This document shows positions 1-8,666 of a DNA stretch of 32,000 nt, one piece after another. The position numbers and the translations under genes were made by a program. The stretch comes from Pseudoalteromonas tetraodonis (lineage in GTDB: Bacteria > Pseudomonadota > Gammaproteobacteria > Enterobacterales > Alteromonadaceae), in NCBI RefSeq assembly GCF_002310835.1, contig NZ_CP011041.1, forward strand, positions 2,820,001 to 2,852,000, in the 5' to 3' direction. The notes under the pieces were generated by a model. The model was not told the origin of the DNA. It made no database searches and saw only the letters and a list, made by a program, of their open reading frames with translations. Position 1 is the stretch's first letter; each line of letters starts with the position of its first letter.

Positions 1-1072
1 GGTAAATTACGTTTGCGTAATCATCGCTTACCAATAGACTGCCATCATTTAATTGTGCAAATGCAACAGGGCGTCCAAATGTCGTTTCGTCTTGCATAAA
101 GCCGGTGATCAGTGGCGTATACTTTGTTACCTTGGCATTTTCTATAGTTGCCACTGCCACTTTATAACCGACCTTTTTAGAGCGGTTCCATGAACCGTGC
201 TCTGCTACAAATAACTGTTGTTTATAGCTATCAGGGAACTGCTTGCCGGTATAAAAATGAATACCTAATGGCGCAACATGCGCACCTAATGCCAATGCAG
301 GTTGAGTGTAGTCAGCAATGTTTTTGCCTTCACCAAACTCCGGATCAACAATAACGCCGCCATGCACGTATGGAAAACCAAAATGTTCTTCTTCTTTAGT
401 GATGCGGTTTAGCTCATCGGGTGGAATATCATCCCCCATCATGTCTCGGCCATTATCGCTAAACCATAGCATTTGCGTGCTAGGGTGAAAGTCAAAGCCT
501 ACAGTATTGCGCACACCTTTGGCTAAAGTGGTTATTTCTTTGGTGTCCGTGTTTAACGAAAAAATACGACCAAACCGAGGTTCTTCTTCGCAAATATTAC
601 AGGGAACACCCACCGGAATAATCAGCTCGCCGTTTGGCGCAAAGCGTAAAAACTTCCAGCCATGGTGGCGCTCTGACGGTAAATCGCTATAAAACACTTC
701 ATACTCAGGGTTTTTGAGGTGCTTATCGATATTTTTAAAACGAATAATACGGTGCACTTCACCGACATATAAGTCACCGTCTTTAATCGCTAAACCCGAG
801 GGCATATTCAGTCCCTCTGCAATCACTATTTTTTTATCTGCAACGCCGTCGCTGTTATGATCAATCAATGCATACACATTACCCGCATTACGCGAACCTG
901 CATACACTATACCTCGGCTTGATACTGCAATTTGCCGAGCATTTTCAACATCATCAGCAAATAAGCTTATTTCAAACCCTGGGGCAGCCGTCAGCTTGTC
1001 GAGAATATTTTTCGCCATCACTGGCGATGACATAAAGCCGACTAACAACAGTGTGCTAAATAGTCTTTTCAT
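1..1072 (-). CDS. PQQ-dependent sugar dehydrogenase / sorbosone-dehydrogenase-family protein, secreted. The N-terminal ~357 aa are in the window; the C-terminus lies beyond the window start.
   Basis: Not in the ORF track because it runs off the edge. Hand translation of the minus strand from ATG (1072-1070) is open to base 1, and an AGGAGAGG SD precedes the ATG. Signal peptide MKRLFSTLLLVGFMSSPVMA. Family-typical beta-propeller motifs: GLAIKDGDLYVGE, HHGWKFLRFAPNGELI, GVRNTVGFDFHPSTQMLWFSDNGRDMMGDDIPPDELN, HVAPLGIHFYTGKQFP, FVAEHGSWNR. Confidence 0.7.
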   Translation of the reverse strand, partial: MKRLFSTLLLVGFMSSPVMAKNILDKLTAAPGFEISLFADDVENARQIAVSSRGIVYAGSRNAGNVYALIDHNSDGVADKKIVIAEGLNMPSGLAIKDGDLYVGEVHRIIRFKNIDKHLKNPEYEVFYSDLPSERHHGWKFLRFAPNGELIIPVGVPCNICEEEPRFGRIFSLNTDTKEITTLAKGVRNTVGFDFHPSTQMLWFSDNGRDMMGDDIPPDELNRITKEEEHFGFPYVHGGVIVDPEFGEGKNIADYTQPALALGAHVAPLGIHFYTGKQFPDSYKQQLFVAEHGSWNRSKKVGYKVAVATIENAKVTKYTPLITGFMQDETTFGRPVAFAQLNDGSLLVSDDYANVIY

Positions 1073-1099
1073 TTGCCTCTCCTGTAGCCCAAAGGCTTA

Positions 1100-2989
1100 T
1101 TAAACTTGTGCTTTGTTACCGTGATCTTCAAGCCATTGGCGGCGATCTGATGAACGCTTTTTAGCAAGTAACATATCCATCATTTCCATTGTTTGCTGCT
1201 CTTCATCAAGAGTAAGCTGCACTAAACGACGGGTATTTGGATCCATGGTTGTTTCACGCAATTGTAGCGGGTTCATTTCACCCAAGCCTTTAAAGCGTTG
1301 CACGTTTACCTTACCGCGTTTTTTCTCTGCTTCTATACGCGCTAAAATGCCCGTTTTTTCATCTTCATCAAGCGCGTAATAAACATCTTTACCAATATCA
1401 ATTCTAAACAGCGGTGGCATAGCAACATACACATGCCCAGTTTTTACCAATTGTGGGAAGTGGCGCACAAATAAGGCACACAATAAAGTGGCAATGTGCA
1501 GTCCATCCGAGTCAGCATCCGCTAATATACATATTTTATTGTAACGCAGCCCTGATAAATCACTTGAATCGGGGTCAATACCCAATGCCACTGAAATATC
1601 ATGCACTTCTTGAGAGGCCAAAATTTGCCCTGATTCTACTTCCCAAGTATTTAAAATTTTACCTCTTAGTGGCATGATTGCTTGGAACTCACGATCTCGC
1701 GCTTGTTTAGCTGAGCCACCCGCTGAATCACCCTCTACTAAAAACAATTCCGTGCGGTCATTATCAGCAGCACTACAATCGGTCAGTTTGCCTGGTAATG
1801 CAGGGCCTGAAGTAACACGTTTACGAACTACTTTTTTAGCCGCGCGTAAGCGACGCTGTGCATTTGAAATACACAATTCAGAAAGTAACTCTGCAGTGTC
1901 AGTGTGCTCATTTAGCCATAAGCTAAAGGCATCTTTTACGACACCCGATACAAACGCAGCACATGAACGTGATGAGAGTTTTTCTTTGGTTTGCCCTGCA
2001 AATTGTGGGTCTTGCATTTTTACCGACAATACATAACTACAACGTTCCCAAATATCATCTGGGGTGAGCTTTACACCACGTGGTAATAAGTTTCTAAATT
2101 CACAAAATTCACGCATCGCCTCTAAAAGCCCTTGGCGCAGGCCATTTACGTGGGTGCCACCTTGTGCGGTAGGAATTAAGTTTACATAACTTTCGGCTGT
2201 TGACTCACCGCCTTCAGGCATCCATACAACGGCCCAATCAGCGCCTTCAATAGAACTTGAAAACTCACCTACAAATGGGTCTTTAGGCAGTATCTCATAG
2301 CCTTTAACTGCTTCTACTAAGTAATCTTTTAAGCCGGTTTCATAAAACCACTCTTGGGTTTCTTTCGTTTGTTTATTTACAAACTTAATACGCAAACCTG
2401 GGCATAGTACCGCTTTGGCTTTTAATAAATGGTTAAGCTTAGTCAGTGAAAAGTTAGCAGAATCAAAATAGCTGGTATCTGGCCAAAAGCGCACGGTAGT
2501 ACCGGTATTGCGTTTACCCACTGAGCCAATAACATTTAAATCTTCAACTTTATCGCCATGCTCAAAAGCCATTCTAAATTGCTGTGCGTCACGGCGAACC
2601 GTTACTTCCACACGGGTAGATAGCGCATTAACGACCGAGATACCTACCCCATGCAAACCACCAGAGAACTGGTAATTTTTATTTGAAAACTTACCACCTG
2701 CGTGTAATTTGGTGAATATTAGTTCAACCCCAGGAATACCTTCTTCAGGGTGAATATCTATCGGCATCCCCCGACCATCATCGCTCACTTCAAGTGAGTT
2801 ATCTTCATGCAAAATGACATCAATACGCGTCGCATGCCCGGCCATTGCTTCATCAACACTGTTATCAATAACCTCTTGGCCTAAATGATTGGGGCGCGAT
2901 GTGTCTGTATACATGCCTGGGCGGCGTTTTACCGGCTCTAATCCATTAAGTACTTCAATGGCTTCGGCGTTATAATTTTGTTGAGTCAT
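1100..2989 (-). CDS. parE: DNA topoisomerase IV subunit B
   Basis: 629 aa, ParE length rather than the ~800 aa of GyrB. Colinear with E. coli ParE as I recall it (MTQ.YNA.AIEVL.GLEPV.RRPGMYTDT). Has the GHKL ATPase N-box EVIDNSVDEA and TOPRIM motifs ELFLVEGDSAGGSAKQARDR and ILADADSDGLHI. Conserved parE-yqiA-cpdA synteny. Confidence 0.95.
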   Translation of the reverse strand: MTQQNYNAEAIEVLNGLEPVKRRPGMYTDTSRPNHLGQEVIDNSVDEAMAGHATRIDVILHEDNSLEVSDDGRGMPIDIHPEEGIPGVELIFTKLHAGGKFSNKNYQFSGGLHGVGISVVNALSTRVEVTVRRDAQQFRMAFEHGDKVEDLNVIGSVGKRNTGTTVRFWPDTSYFDSANFSLTKLNHLLKAKAVLCPGLRIKFVNKQTKETQEWFYETGLKDYLVEAVKGYEILPKDPFVGEFSSSIEGADWAVVWMPEGGESTAESYVNLIPTAQGGTHVNGLRQGLLEAMREFCEFRNLLPRGVKLTPDDIWERCSYVLSVKMQDPQFAGQTKEKLSSRSCAAFVSGVVKDAFSLWLNEHTDTAELLSELCISNAQRRLRAAKKVVRKRVTSGPALPGKLTDCSAADNDRTELFLVEGDSAGGSAKQARDREFQAIMPLRGKILNTWEVESGQILASQEVHDISVALGIDPDSSDLSGLRYNKICILADADSDGLHIATLLCALFVRHFPQLVKTGHVYVAMPPLFRIDIGKDVYYALDEDEKTGILARIEAEKKRGKVNVQRFKGLGEMNPLQLRETTMDPNTRRLVQLTLDEEQQTMEMMDMLLAKKRSSDRRQWLEDHGNKAQV

Positions 2990-3009
2990 AGTTTTTATCT
3001 TTATATACG

Positions 3010-3573
3010 CTAATATCTGATTTTAAGAAAATCGACAATGCTTGAAAAAGCTCGCTCAAAGCCATTAAAGCTATGATCGCCGCCAAATTCAATTAACTGT
3101 TTACATTGTGAGTAATACTTTATTGCGTGCTGAAAATTTAACACTTCATCCCCTGTTTGCTGTAATAAATACAACAGTTCAGGGTGTTTTAACTCTGTCA
3201 CCGTTAATGCTTTTAACGCATCTATATGACGAGATTGTAATTGGTAATTATAATCTTGATACGGATTATAATTAGGCCCAAGTATAGGCTCTAATAATGT
3301 ATATGGGGCAACGGCAGGATTAATTACCACCGCAGGAATTTGATAACGCTGCGATAAATACGTGGCAAAAAAACCACCTAACGAGCTGCCCAATAATACG
3401 GTATTCGGTGTTAATAGTTGTTCAAGCGCTATAATCGCCTCTATAGGTTCATGATTTAAGCGTGGCACACAATAATCAACATCATAGTGTGCCATAAGCT
3501 CACCAAAGCGCACAGCTTTATATGATTTTTCAGAGCTATTAAAACCGTGAATATAGATTACTCGTTTAACCAT
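3010..3573 (-). CDS. yqiA: YqiA-family alpha/beta-hydrolase esterase
   Basis: 187 aa with IYIHGFNSS and the nucleophile elbow GSSLGG. Lies between cpdA and parE as in E. coli. Its start overlaps the cpdA stop by 16 nt. Confidence 0.85.
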   Translation of the reverse strand: MVKRVIYIHGFNSSEKSYKAVRFGELMAHYDVDYCVPRLNHEPIEAIIALEQLLTPNTVLLGSSLGGFFATYLSQRYQIPAVVINPAVAPYTLLEPILGPNYNPYQDYNYQLQSRHIDALKALTVTELKHPELLYLLQQTGDEVLNFQHAIKYYSQCKQLIEFGGDHSFNGFERAFSSIVDFLKIRY

Positions 3574-4343
3574 ACCACGTCCGTGCGTATATGCACCTTT
3601 TGTTGCTCAGCATTTAAGTGCAGCATACGATAAGCCGCCCCTTTATCTTCTTGCTGCCAAGTAGCACTGTGCTTTGTAAACTGCACGGAACTGGCCGGTG
3701 TCGCGTAAATATCAAGCTCTCTAAATTGCTGTTGGTAGTCATTGTGAACATGCCCATGAAACAGCGCATCAACGCGGCCATTATTAACTAATAAATTTAA
3801 TAGCTGCGGCCCATTTTCTAGCATGTGTTTGTCTAGGTAGCCATTAATAGGTAATGGGTTGTGATGACAAAATGCAATATGACGATTATCTGAATCGACT
3901 AAACACGCCATAATTTCCTCTAAATGCGAGGGCGTCACCCACCCAGCAGGGGTATTTCCTTTAGAATTAATTAATATCAGTTCAAACCCTTGCGCCACAA
4001 TATGTTTAGCGCGTTGTATTTGCCCGCCACTAATTAAATTGAGCTGATCAATTTCATCATGATTGCCGGGAACCCAAAATACGGGGCAATCAAGGTCACT
4101 ATTATGAATCAGTTCAGCAAATAATAAATAGGAATTAAAGCTGTGATCTTGGGTTAAATCGCCACCAAATATCAAGGCATCAGGCTGCTGTTTTGCTATA
4201 TCTGTAAGTGCCCTAGTAAAATGTTCTGCGGTGTTAACCCCAAAATACTCGCCCTGCTTATCGCTAAAAAGGTGACAATCCGTTATATGGGCTATACGAA
4301 GCTGGGCTTGCTCAAAATAATACGTATCATCAAACCAAGCCAT
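3558..4343 (-). CDS. cpdA: 3',5'-cyclic-nucleotide (cAMP) phosphodiesterase, calcineurin-like metallophosphoesterase
   Basis: 261 aa. Metallophosphoesterase motifs ITDCH, GGDLTQD, GNHD, CHHNP and GHVHND. Conserved position in the nudF-yqiB-cpdA-yqiA operon. Confidence 0.85.
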   Translation of the reverse strand: MAWFDDTYYFEQAQLRIAHITDCHLFSDKQGEYFGVNTAEHFTRALTDIAKQQPDALIFGGDLTQDHSFNSYLLFAELIHNSDLDCPVFWVPGNHDEIDQLNLISGGQIQRAKHIVAQGFELILINSKGNTPAGWVTPSHLEEIMACLVDSDNRHIAFCHHNPLPINGYLDKHMLENGPQLLNLLVNNGRVDALFHGHVHNDYQQQFRELDIYATPASSVQFTKHSATWQQEDKGAAYRMLHLNAEQQKVHIRTDVVWLNE

Positions 4344-4788
4344 TATTTACATCCCAATTAAGTGTTGATTGACCTCGCTCTACACAGGCAACCAACCAAT
4401 CATATAAAAAAGCATTCAACTGATACTTTTCATCTTTTTGATGCATCTTAGGATTAGGGTAGCCATAGGAAGGTTTGATTCGTTGGTGGTAATCATGATG
4501 GACAATTTCGGCTACCTTAGCATCATTATATAAGCGCACTGTTAAATACAAAGGCGAAATACCACTTACCATTCCTGATAACTGTTTAATAGATACATCA
4601 AGGGTGTACTTGGCAATGTCATCTATGTTGATGGCAAATTCACTGTGGCCCAGTTTGATTTCTCTAACACTGCCAATCGCTCGTTCACGAGGTAGTAATT
4701 TTAAAAGGCGTACGTAATTATGCTCACAAAGTGTTAAATACTTTGGAAGGCTTTGAATGTATCGAGTAGTCGTTAAAAGTGCTGTCAA
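4330..4788 (-). CDS. yqiB: DUF1249 family protein (YqiB-like)
   Basis: 152 aa. Resembles E. coli YqiB as I recall it (LCE.N...L..LLPR, TVRLY.DA.VAE, YP.NPK.HQ.DEK.Q.N.FL.DWL). The start codon is TTG at 4788-4786; there is no in-frame ATG before the conserved region and a stop lies 9 codons upstream. Overlaps the cpdA start by 14 nt. Confidence 0.75.
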   Translation of the reverse strand: MTALLTTTRYIQSLPKYLTLCEHNYVRLLKLLPRERAIGSVREIKLGHSEFAINIDDIAKYTLDVSIKQLSGMVSGISPLYLTVRLYNDAKVAEIVHHDYHQRIKPSYGYPNPKMHQKDEKYQLNAFLYDWLVACVERGQSTLNWDVNNGLV

Positions 4789-4819
4789 AATACCGCCATT
4801 ACTATTAAAAAATTAAAAA

Positions 4820-5446
4820 CTATGCCCACTTCTTACGTATTCTGTCGCGATTTAGTGCTAACCATTGCAAGCAAATTACCGTAGCCGCATTATCTATCTC
4901 GCCACGATTGAGTCGCTCAAATGCTTCATCTAAATCCATAATATGCGTTTTAATATCTTCACCTTCGGTGTCTAAGCCGTATATACCGGTATTCATTTGG
5001 CTTAAGTCGGCGTGAGCTAAATATAAATATAAACGCTCTGTAGTACCGCCGGGGCTTGAAAGGTAAGACAACATAAACTCAAGTTCTGTTAAATTAAGTC
5101 CCGCTTCTTCAAACGCTTCTTTTTTAACAACCGACTCGTAATCTTCACTGCCATCGGTCATGCCCGCTATACATTCTAACAGCCAAGGCGTGTGTTTGCT
5201 TTTAATTGCGCCAATTCGAATTTGTTCAATTAGCAGCACTTGCTCAGTCACTGGATCATAAGGTAATACTGCGACCGCATCGCCACGCTCTAAAATTTCT
5301 CGACGAATAACCTCAGACTCTCCACCCGCAAATAAGGCATGCTTAAATTGATAAAGGTTTATTTTAAAAAAACCATCATACAAATTTTCAATTGGTTTTA
5401 ATCTCACATCGTCATGGGTAAATTTAATACGACTTTTATTCGCCAT
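4820..5446 (-). CDS. nudF: ADP-ribose pyrophosphatase (Nudix hydrolase)
   Basis: 208 aa. Nudix box GMTDGSEDYESVVKKEAFEEAGL. AAGGAAAG SD upstream. First gene of the conserved operon divergent from tolC. Confidence 0.85.
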   Translation of the reverse strand: MANKSRIKFTHDDVRLKPIENLYDGFFKINLYQFKHALFAGGESEVIRREILERGDAVAVLPYDPVTEQVLLIEQIRIGAIKSKHTPWLLECIAGMTDGSEDYESVVKKEAFEEAGLNLTELEFMLSYLSSPGGTTERLYLYLAHADLSQMNTGIYGLDTEGEDIKTHIMDLDEAFERLNRGEIDNAATVICLQWLALNRDRIRKKWA

Positions 5447-5604
5447 CTATTCTTTCCTTTTTGAGGGTGCAAATACATCAACGTCATTTAGGTATATATT
5501 CTGTTACACTTGAGAACGCTGTTTTACTAATTTTTTTTTTAGTTATTAGTTAAAACAGGTTAACATGCTACTAGTACAAAAATTGTCTAAGGACCGAACA
5601 TCAC
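5447..5604. promoter_or_regulatory. Divergent promoter region between the nudF operon and tolC
   Basis: The longest intergenic gap in the window (158 nt), between two divergently oriented start codons. Very AT-rich. Contains a T10 run (5531-5540), a tandem TTAGTTA TTAGTTA and a TATATATT element (5493-5500). Individual -35/-10 boxes could not be assigned with confidence. Confidence 0.4.
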
Positions 5605-6963
5605 ATGAAAAAGAACATCCTTGCTGCACTGGTTAGTTTATCATGCGCATTGGGCTCAACCGTAGCCAATGCAGAAGATTTACTTCAAGTTTTTGAAATC
5701 GCAACAGCCAACGATCCTACCGTTTTAAAAGCAAAAGCCCAAGCTGATGCACAATCATACCAAAGCGATCGCGCTATGAGCGCACTATTACCGCAAATTG
5801 GTTTAAGCATGAGTTATGAAAAAAGTGACTCGACCTCTTTTCAAAGCGTAGGCGATTTATCAAACCAAGTTAAAGTCGAAAGTGAAACGGACCAATTCAG
5901 ACGTGGTATTAGCTTAAGCCAAACGCTATTTGATTTGGGCGCGTGGAATTCACTCGGCATTGCTGACAAACAAGCACTGCAAGCTAGTGGCCAGTACGAT
6001 TTTGCTAAACAAGATTTAATAGTACGTGTGGCTGAAGGCTATTTTAACGTATTAAGCGCTATTGATAACCTTGAATTTGTACAAGCTGAAAAACGTGCCA
6101 TTGAGCGCCAACTTGAACAAACTAAACAACGTTACGCTGTAGGTTTAACGGCTATTACCGATGTACATGAAGCACAAGCACAATTTGATAACTCAGTAGC
6201 GCAAGAAATCATTGCTAATAATGCAGTAGAAACAGCCCGTGAGCAACTACGTGAGATCACCGGTAAATACCATGCAAAGCTAGATATGTTAAACACCGAA
6301 ACGTTTTCTACTGTTAAGCCAAGTACGCCTGCAACTGATTTAGTTAAAATAGCGAAAGACAAAAACTTAAATCTGCAAGTATCAAAAATAACGGTTGATA
6401 TCGCTAAAGAGCAAATTGAACTTGCTAAAGCAGGGCATTATCCAAAACTAACTTTAAATGCTAGTTACGGCGACTCATTAACAGATAGCGAGTTAAATGG
6501 CGCTAGTTTTGACGACCAGCCTCGTTCAGATTCAACATCTGTTGGACTTAACTTTAGCGTACCACTTTACTCTGGTGGCGCAACGGTTGCTGCAACAGAT
6601 CAAGCTCGTGCATTTTACGTTGCTGCGAGCCAAGATTTTGAAACGGATTATCGCGCAGTAACTCGCTCTGTTATTACTTCTTATAACCAAGTGGTATCTG
6701 ATATTGCGACCTATAAAGCGCTTGAACAAGCGGTTATTTCAGCACAAAGCGCATTAAAAGCCACTGAAGCGGGTTTTGAAGTGGGTACACGTACCATTGT
6801 TGATGTGCTCGTCAGTACGCAAAACTTATACAACGCAAAGCGTAATCTTGCTGATGTGCGTTATCGCTATGTTGTGTCAACGCTTCGTCTAAAACAAGCA
6901 ACAGGCACATTAAGCCGCGAAGACTTAGTGGGTATAAACCAAGGTTTAAACACGGTTAACTAA
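5605..6963 (+). CDS. tolC: Outer-membrane efflux channel TolC
   Basis: 452 aa. Signal peptide MKKNILAALVSLSCALGSTVANA|ED. The N-terminus (DLLQVFEIA..NDPT) and two-repeat architecture are typical of the outer membrane factor family. Divergent from nudF as in E. coli. Confidence 0.85.
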   Translation: MKKNILAALVSLSCALGSTVANAEDLLQVFEIATANDPTVLKAKAQADAQSYQSDRAMSALLPQIGLSMSYEKSDSTSFQSVGDLSNQVKVESETDQFRRGISLSQTLFDLGAWNSLGIADKQALQASGQYDFAKQDLIVRVAEGYFNVLSAIDNLEFVQAEKRAIERQLEQTKQRYAVGLTAITDVHEAQAQFDNSVAQEIIANNAVETAREQLREITGKYHAKLDMLNTETFSTVKPSTPATDLVKIAKDKNLNLQVSKITVDIAKEQIELAKAGHYPKLTLNASYGDSLTDSELNGASFDDQPRSDSTSVGLNFSVPLYSGGATVAATDQARAFYVAASQDFETDYRAVTRSVITSYNQVVSDIATYKALEQAVISAQSALKATEAGFEVGTRTIVDVLVSTQNLYNAKRNLADVRYRYVVSTLRLKQATGTLSREDLVGINQGLNTVN

Positions 6964-6989
6964 ACACTATATTTCATTATATAACCACT

Positions 6990-7016
6990 AAAGCCAGCTT
7001 TTTGCTGGCTTTTTGT
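6990..7016 (+). terminator. Rho-independent terminator of tolC
   Basis: AAGCCAGC (6991-6998), loop TTTT, GCTGGCTT (7003-7010), followed by a T-run. Confidence 0.8.
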
Positions 7017-7068
7017 ATTTTTGAGCGCATAGCGTTAAACTAGCCTTTTATTTTTTAGAGAAATTTTT

Positions 7069-7992
7069 GTGGTCAACTCATCCCCTTTTAAAGCCTCTTT
7101 TTTAGGTCCTCGTTATTGGCTAACTTGGATTGGTGTCTTATTTTTATATCTCATTTCATGGTTACCGCAAAAAATACAATTAGCTATGGGTAAGCAGCTA
7201 GGACGCTTGGTTCATAAATATATGAAGCGCAGAAGGCATATTGCTGAAGTTAATATTAAACACTGTTTCCCCACGATGAGCGAAGTCGAGCAACAACAGC
7301 TGGTACTTAAAAATATGGAAAATACCGGTATTGCTATGGTTGAAACCGGTATGGCTTGGTGGTGGCCACAATGGCGGGTCAAAAAAGTATTGGGATCAAT
7401 AAAAGGGCTTGAGCACTTTGAGCGCGTACAACAATCAGGAAAAGGCGTTTTATTACTTGTTCCACATATACTTCATCTTGAAATGACAAGTCGTGTAATG
7501 GGTTTGAAGTGCCAAGGTATTGGCTTTTACCGCCCACATAATAATCCGCTTATGGAATACTTTACTACCAATGGGCGTCTTCGCTCTAATGAATACATGG
7601 TTGGAAAAAAAGACGTAAAAGGATTATTAAAATCATTAAAAAATAAAAAACTGTGTTATTACTTACCCGATCAGGATTATGGCCGTAACCGCTGTGAGTT
7701 TGTGCCTTTTTATGCAGTGCCTGATACAGCAACAACCACCGGAACACTAATGTTTGCAGGTAGTAAAAACTGCGAAACAATGAGCTTAATTGCTTATAGG
7801 GATAACAACGGAAAGTATCACTTAGAAATCGTGCCTGAGCTTGAAAACTTCCCAAGCGGCGATAATAAAGCCGATGTAACACGTGTTAATCAGCGCATGG
7901 AACAATCAATAAATGCCGCCCCTGAACAATATATGTGGTTGCATAGACGCTTTAAAACACGACCCGATAAAGACGCCCCCTCTTTTTATTAA
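7069..7992 (+). CDS. lpxL: Kdo2-lipid IVA late (lauroyl/myristoyl) acyltransferase
   Basis: 307 aa with a GTG start. The N-terminus FLGPRYWLTWIGV matches E. coli LpxL LLHPRYWLTWLG. Has the HX4E acyltransferase motif (HILHLE) and the C-terminal APEQYMWLHRRFKTRP. I cannot distinguish LpxL from LpxM-type specificity. Confidence 0.85.
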   Translation: MVNSSPFKASFLGPRYWLTWIGVLFLYLISWLPQKIQLAMGKQLGRLVHKYMKRRRHIAEVNIKHCFPTMSEVEQQQLVLKNMENTGIAMVETGMAWWWPQWRVKKVLGSIKGLEHFERVQQSGKGVLLLVPHILHLEMTSRVMGLKCQGIGFYRPHNNPLMEYFTTNGRLRSNEYMVGKKDVKGLLKSLKNKKLCYYLPDQDYGRNRCEFVPFYAVPDTATTTGTLMFAGSKNCETMSLIAYRDNNGKYHLEIVPELENFPSGDNKADVTRVNQRMEQSINAAPEQYMWLHRRFKTRPDKDAPSFY

Positions 7993-8020
7993 AGATGGGT
8001 TATTAAAATAACAAAGATGA

Positions 8021-8602
8021 GTGACAGCCATGTGGTTTTGGATTAGATATATACTTTTAGCTTTATTGTTAATTGGTGCAGCCATTTACTTTTTACTAAA
8101 TGGTACGTCGTCACTTAATTATCAACAAACCACCAACGCTGCTGCTGAAGGGTTATCGCGGTTTTATGCATCAATTCGAGATAGAATTACTGTCAATAAA
8201 GACAATGACAAATTTGTCATTGAACTCGAAAAACCCGATCTTAGCCTCGACAGAGCGCTAAACCAACGCTCTTTTGTAGTAGAGCCTATGCCTTTAAATT
8301 GGAGTGGAGAAGTAGGCCCGCGTCGCTTTCAACGTGACTCAACCTTGCGTACTGTACTGACCCAATATGCTAATAACGAAGGTATTACTTTAATGTGGTA
8401 CTTAAGCAAAGATTACGTAATAAAAGATCACTTTCGTATAGATAGCAGTTTTAACTCCGCTTTATACCGCGTTAGCCGCTCTATTAATGATGACTTTTCA
8501 AATGAAGTGTATGCGTTTTTCTGCCCTAAACAACGTGCAGCGGTGATTACCGAGCTACCGTCTGAATTTGTACGCTCAAACTGTTTAAAGCTAAGCAATT
8601 AA
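8021..8602 (+). CDS. Membrane-anchored hypothetical protein with a possible TcpQ-like C-terminal domain
   Basis: 193 aa. Start is either GTG at 8021 or ATG at 8030. One N-terminal TM helix (FWIRYILLALLLIGAAIYFLL). The C-terminal segment STLRTVLTQYANNEGITLMWYLSKDYVIKDHFRIDSSFNSALYRVSRSI fits my memory of the TcpQ/PilL-type pattern (TLR..L..WA...G..L.W....DY.......F.G.F..A). The domain call is tentative. Confidence 0.55.
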   Translation: MTAMWFWIRYILLALLLIGAAIYFLLNGTSSLNYQQTTNAAAEGLSRFYASIRDRITVNKDNDKFVIELEKPDLSLDRALNQRSFVVEPMPLNWSGEVGPRRFQRDSTLRTVLTQYANNEGITLMWYLSKDYVIKDHFRIDSSFNSALYRVSRSINDDFSNEVYAFFCPKQRAAVITELPSEFVRSNCLKLSN

Positions 8603-8627
8603 CTACATTCGGTTTAATTTTGTTGAT

Positions 8628-8653
8628 ATGCGCTCAAATATTGCTGAGCGCAT
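8628..8653. terminator. Hairpin between the convergent TcpQ-like gene and glnE (possible bidirectional terminator)
   Basis: Perfect 9-bp stem ATGCGCTCA (8628-8636) / TGAGCGCAT (8645-8653) with an 8-nt loop. No clear U-tract on either side, so it is not a canonical intrinsic terminator. Confidence 0.4.
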
Positions 8654-8666
8654 AACATTAAATTGC

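Noticed and set aside
507-692. 61-aa plus-strand ORF from the track.
   Set aside because: It is fully nested antisense within the well-supported PQQ-dependent dehydrogenase CDS (1..1072, minus). It has no SD and a low-complexity, basic composition typical of antisense frames.
1453-2036. Two plus-strand ORFs (74 and 120 aa) inside parE.
   Set aside because: They are antisense to a highly conserved ParE coding sequence. Such shadow ORFs are common opposite long genes, and these have no independent support.
7999-8014. GTTATT-AA-AATAAC palindrome between lpxL and the TcpQ-like gene, considered as a terminator or operator.
   Set aside because: It is an AT-only 6-bp stem with a 2-nt loop, which cannot form a stable hairpin. 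A palindrome of this kind could arise by chance in AT-rich DNA.
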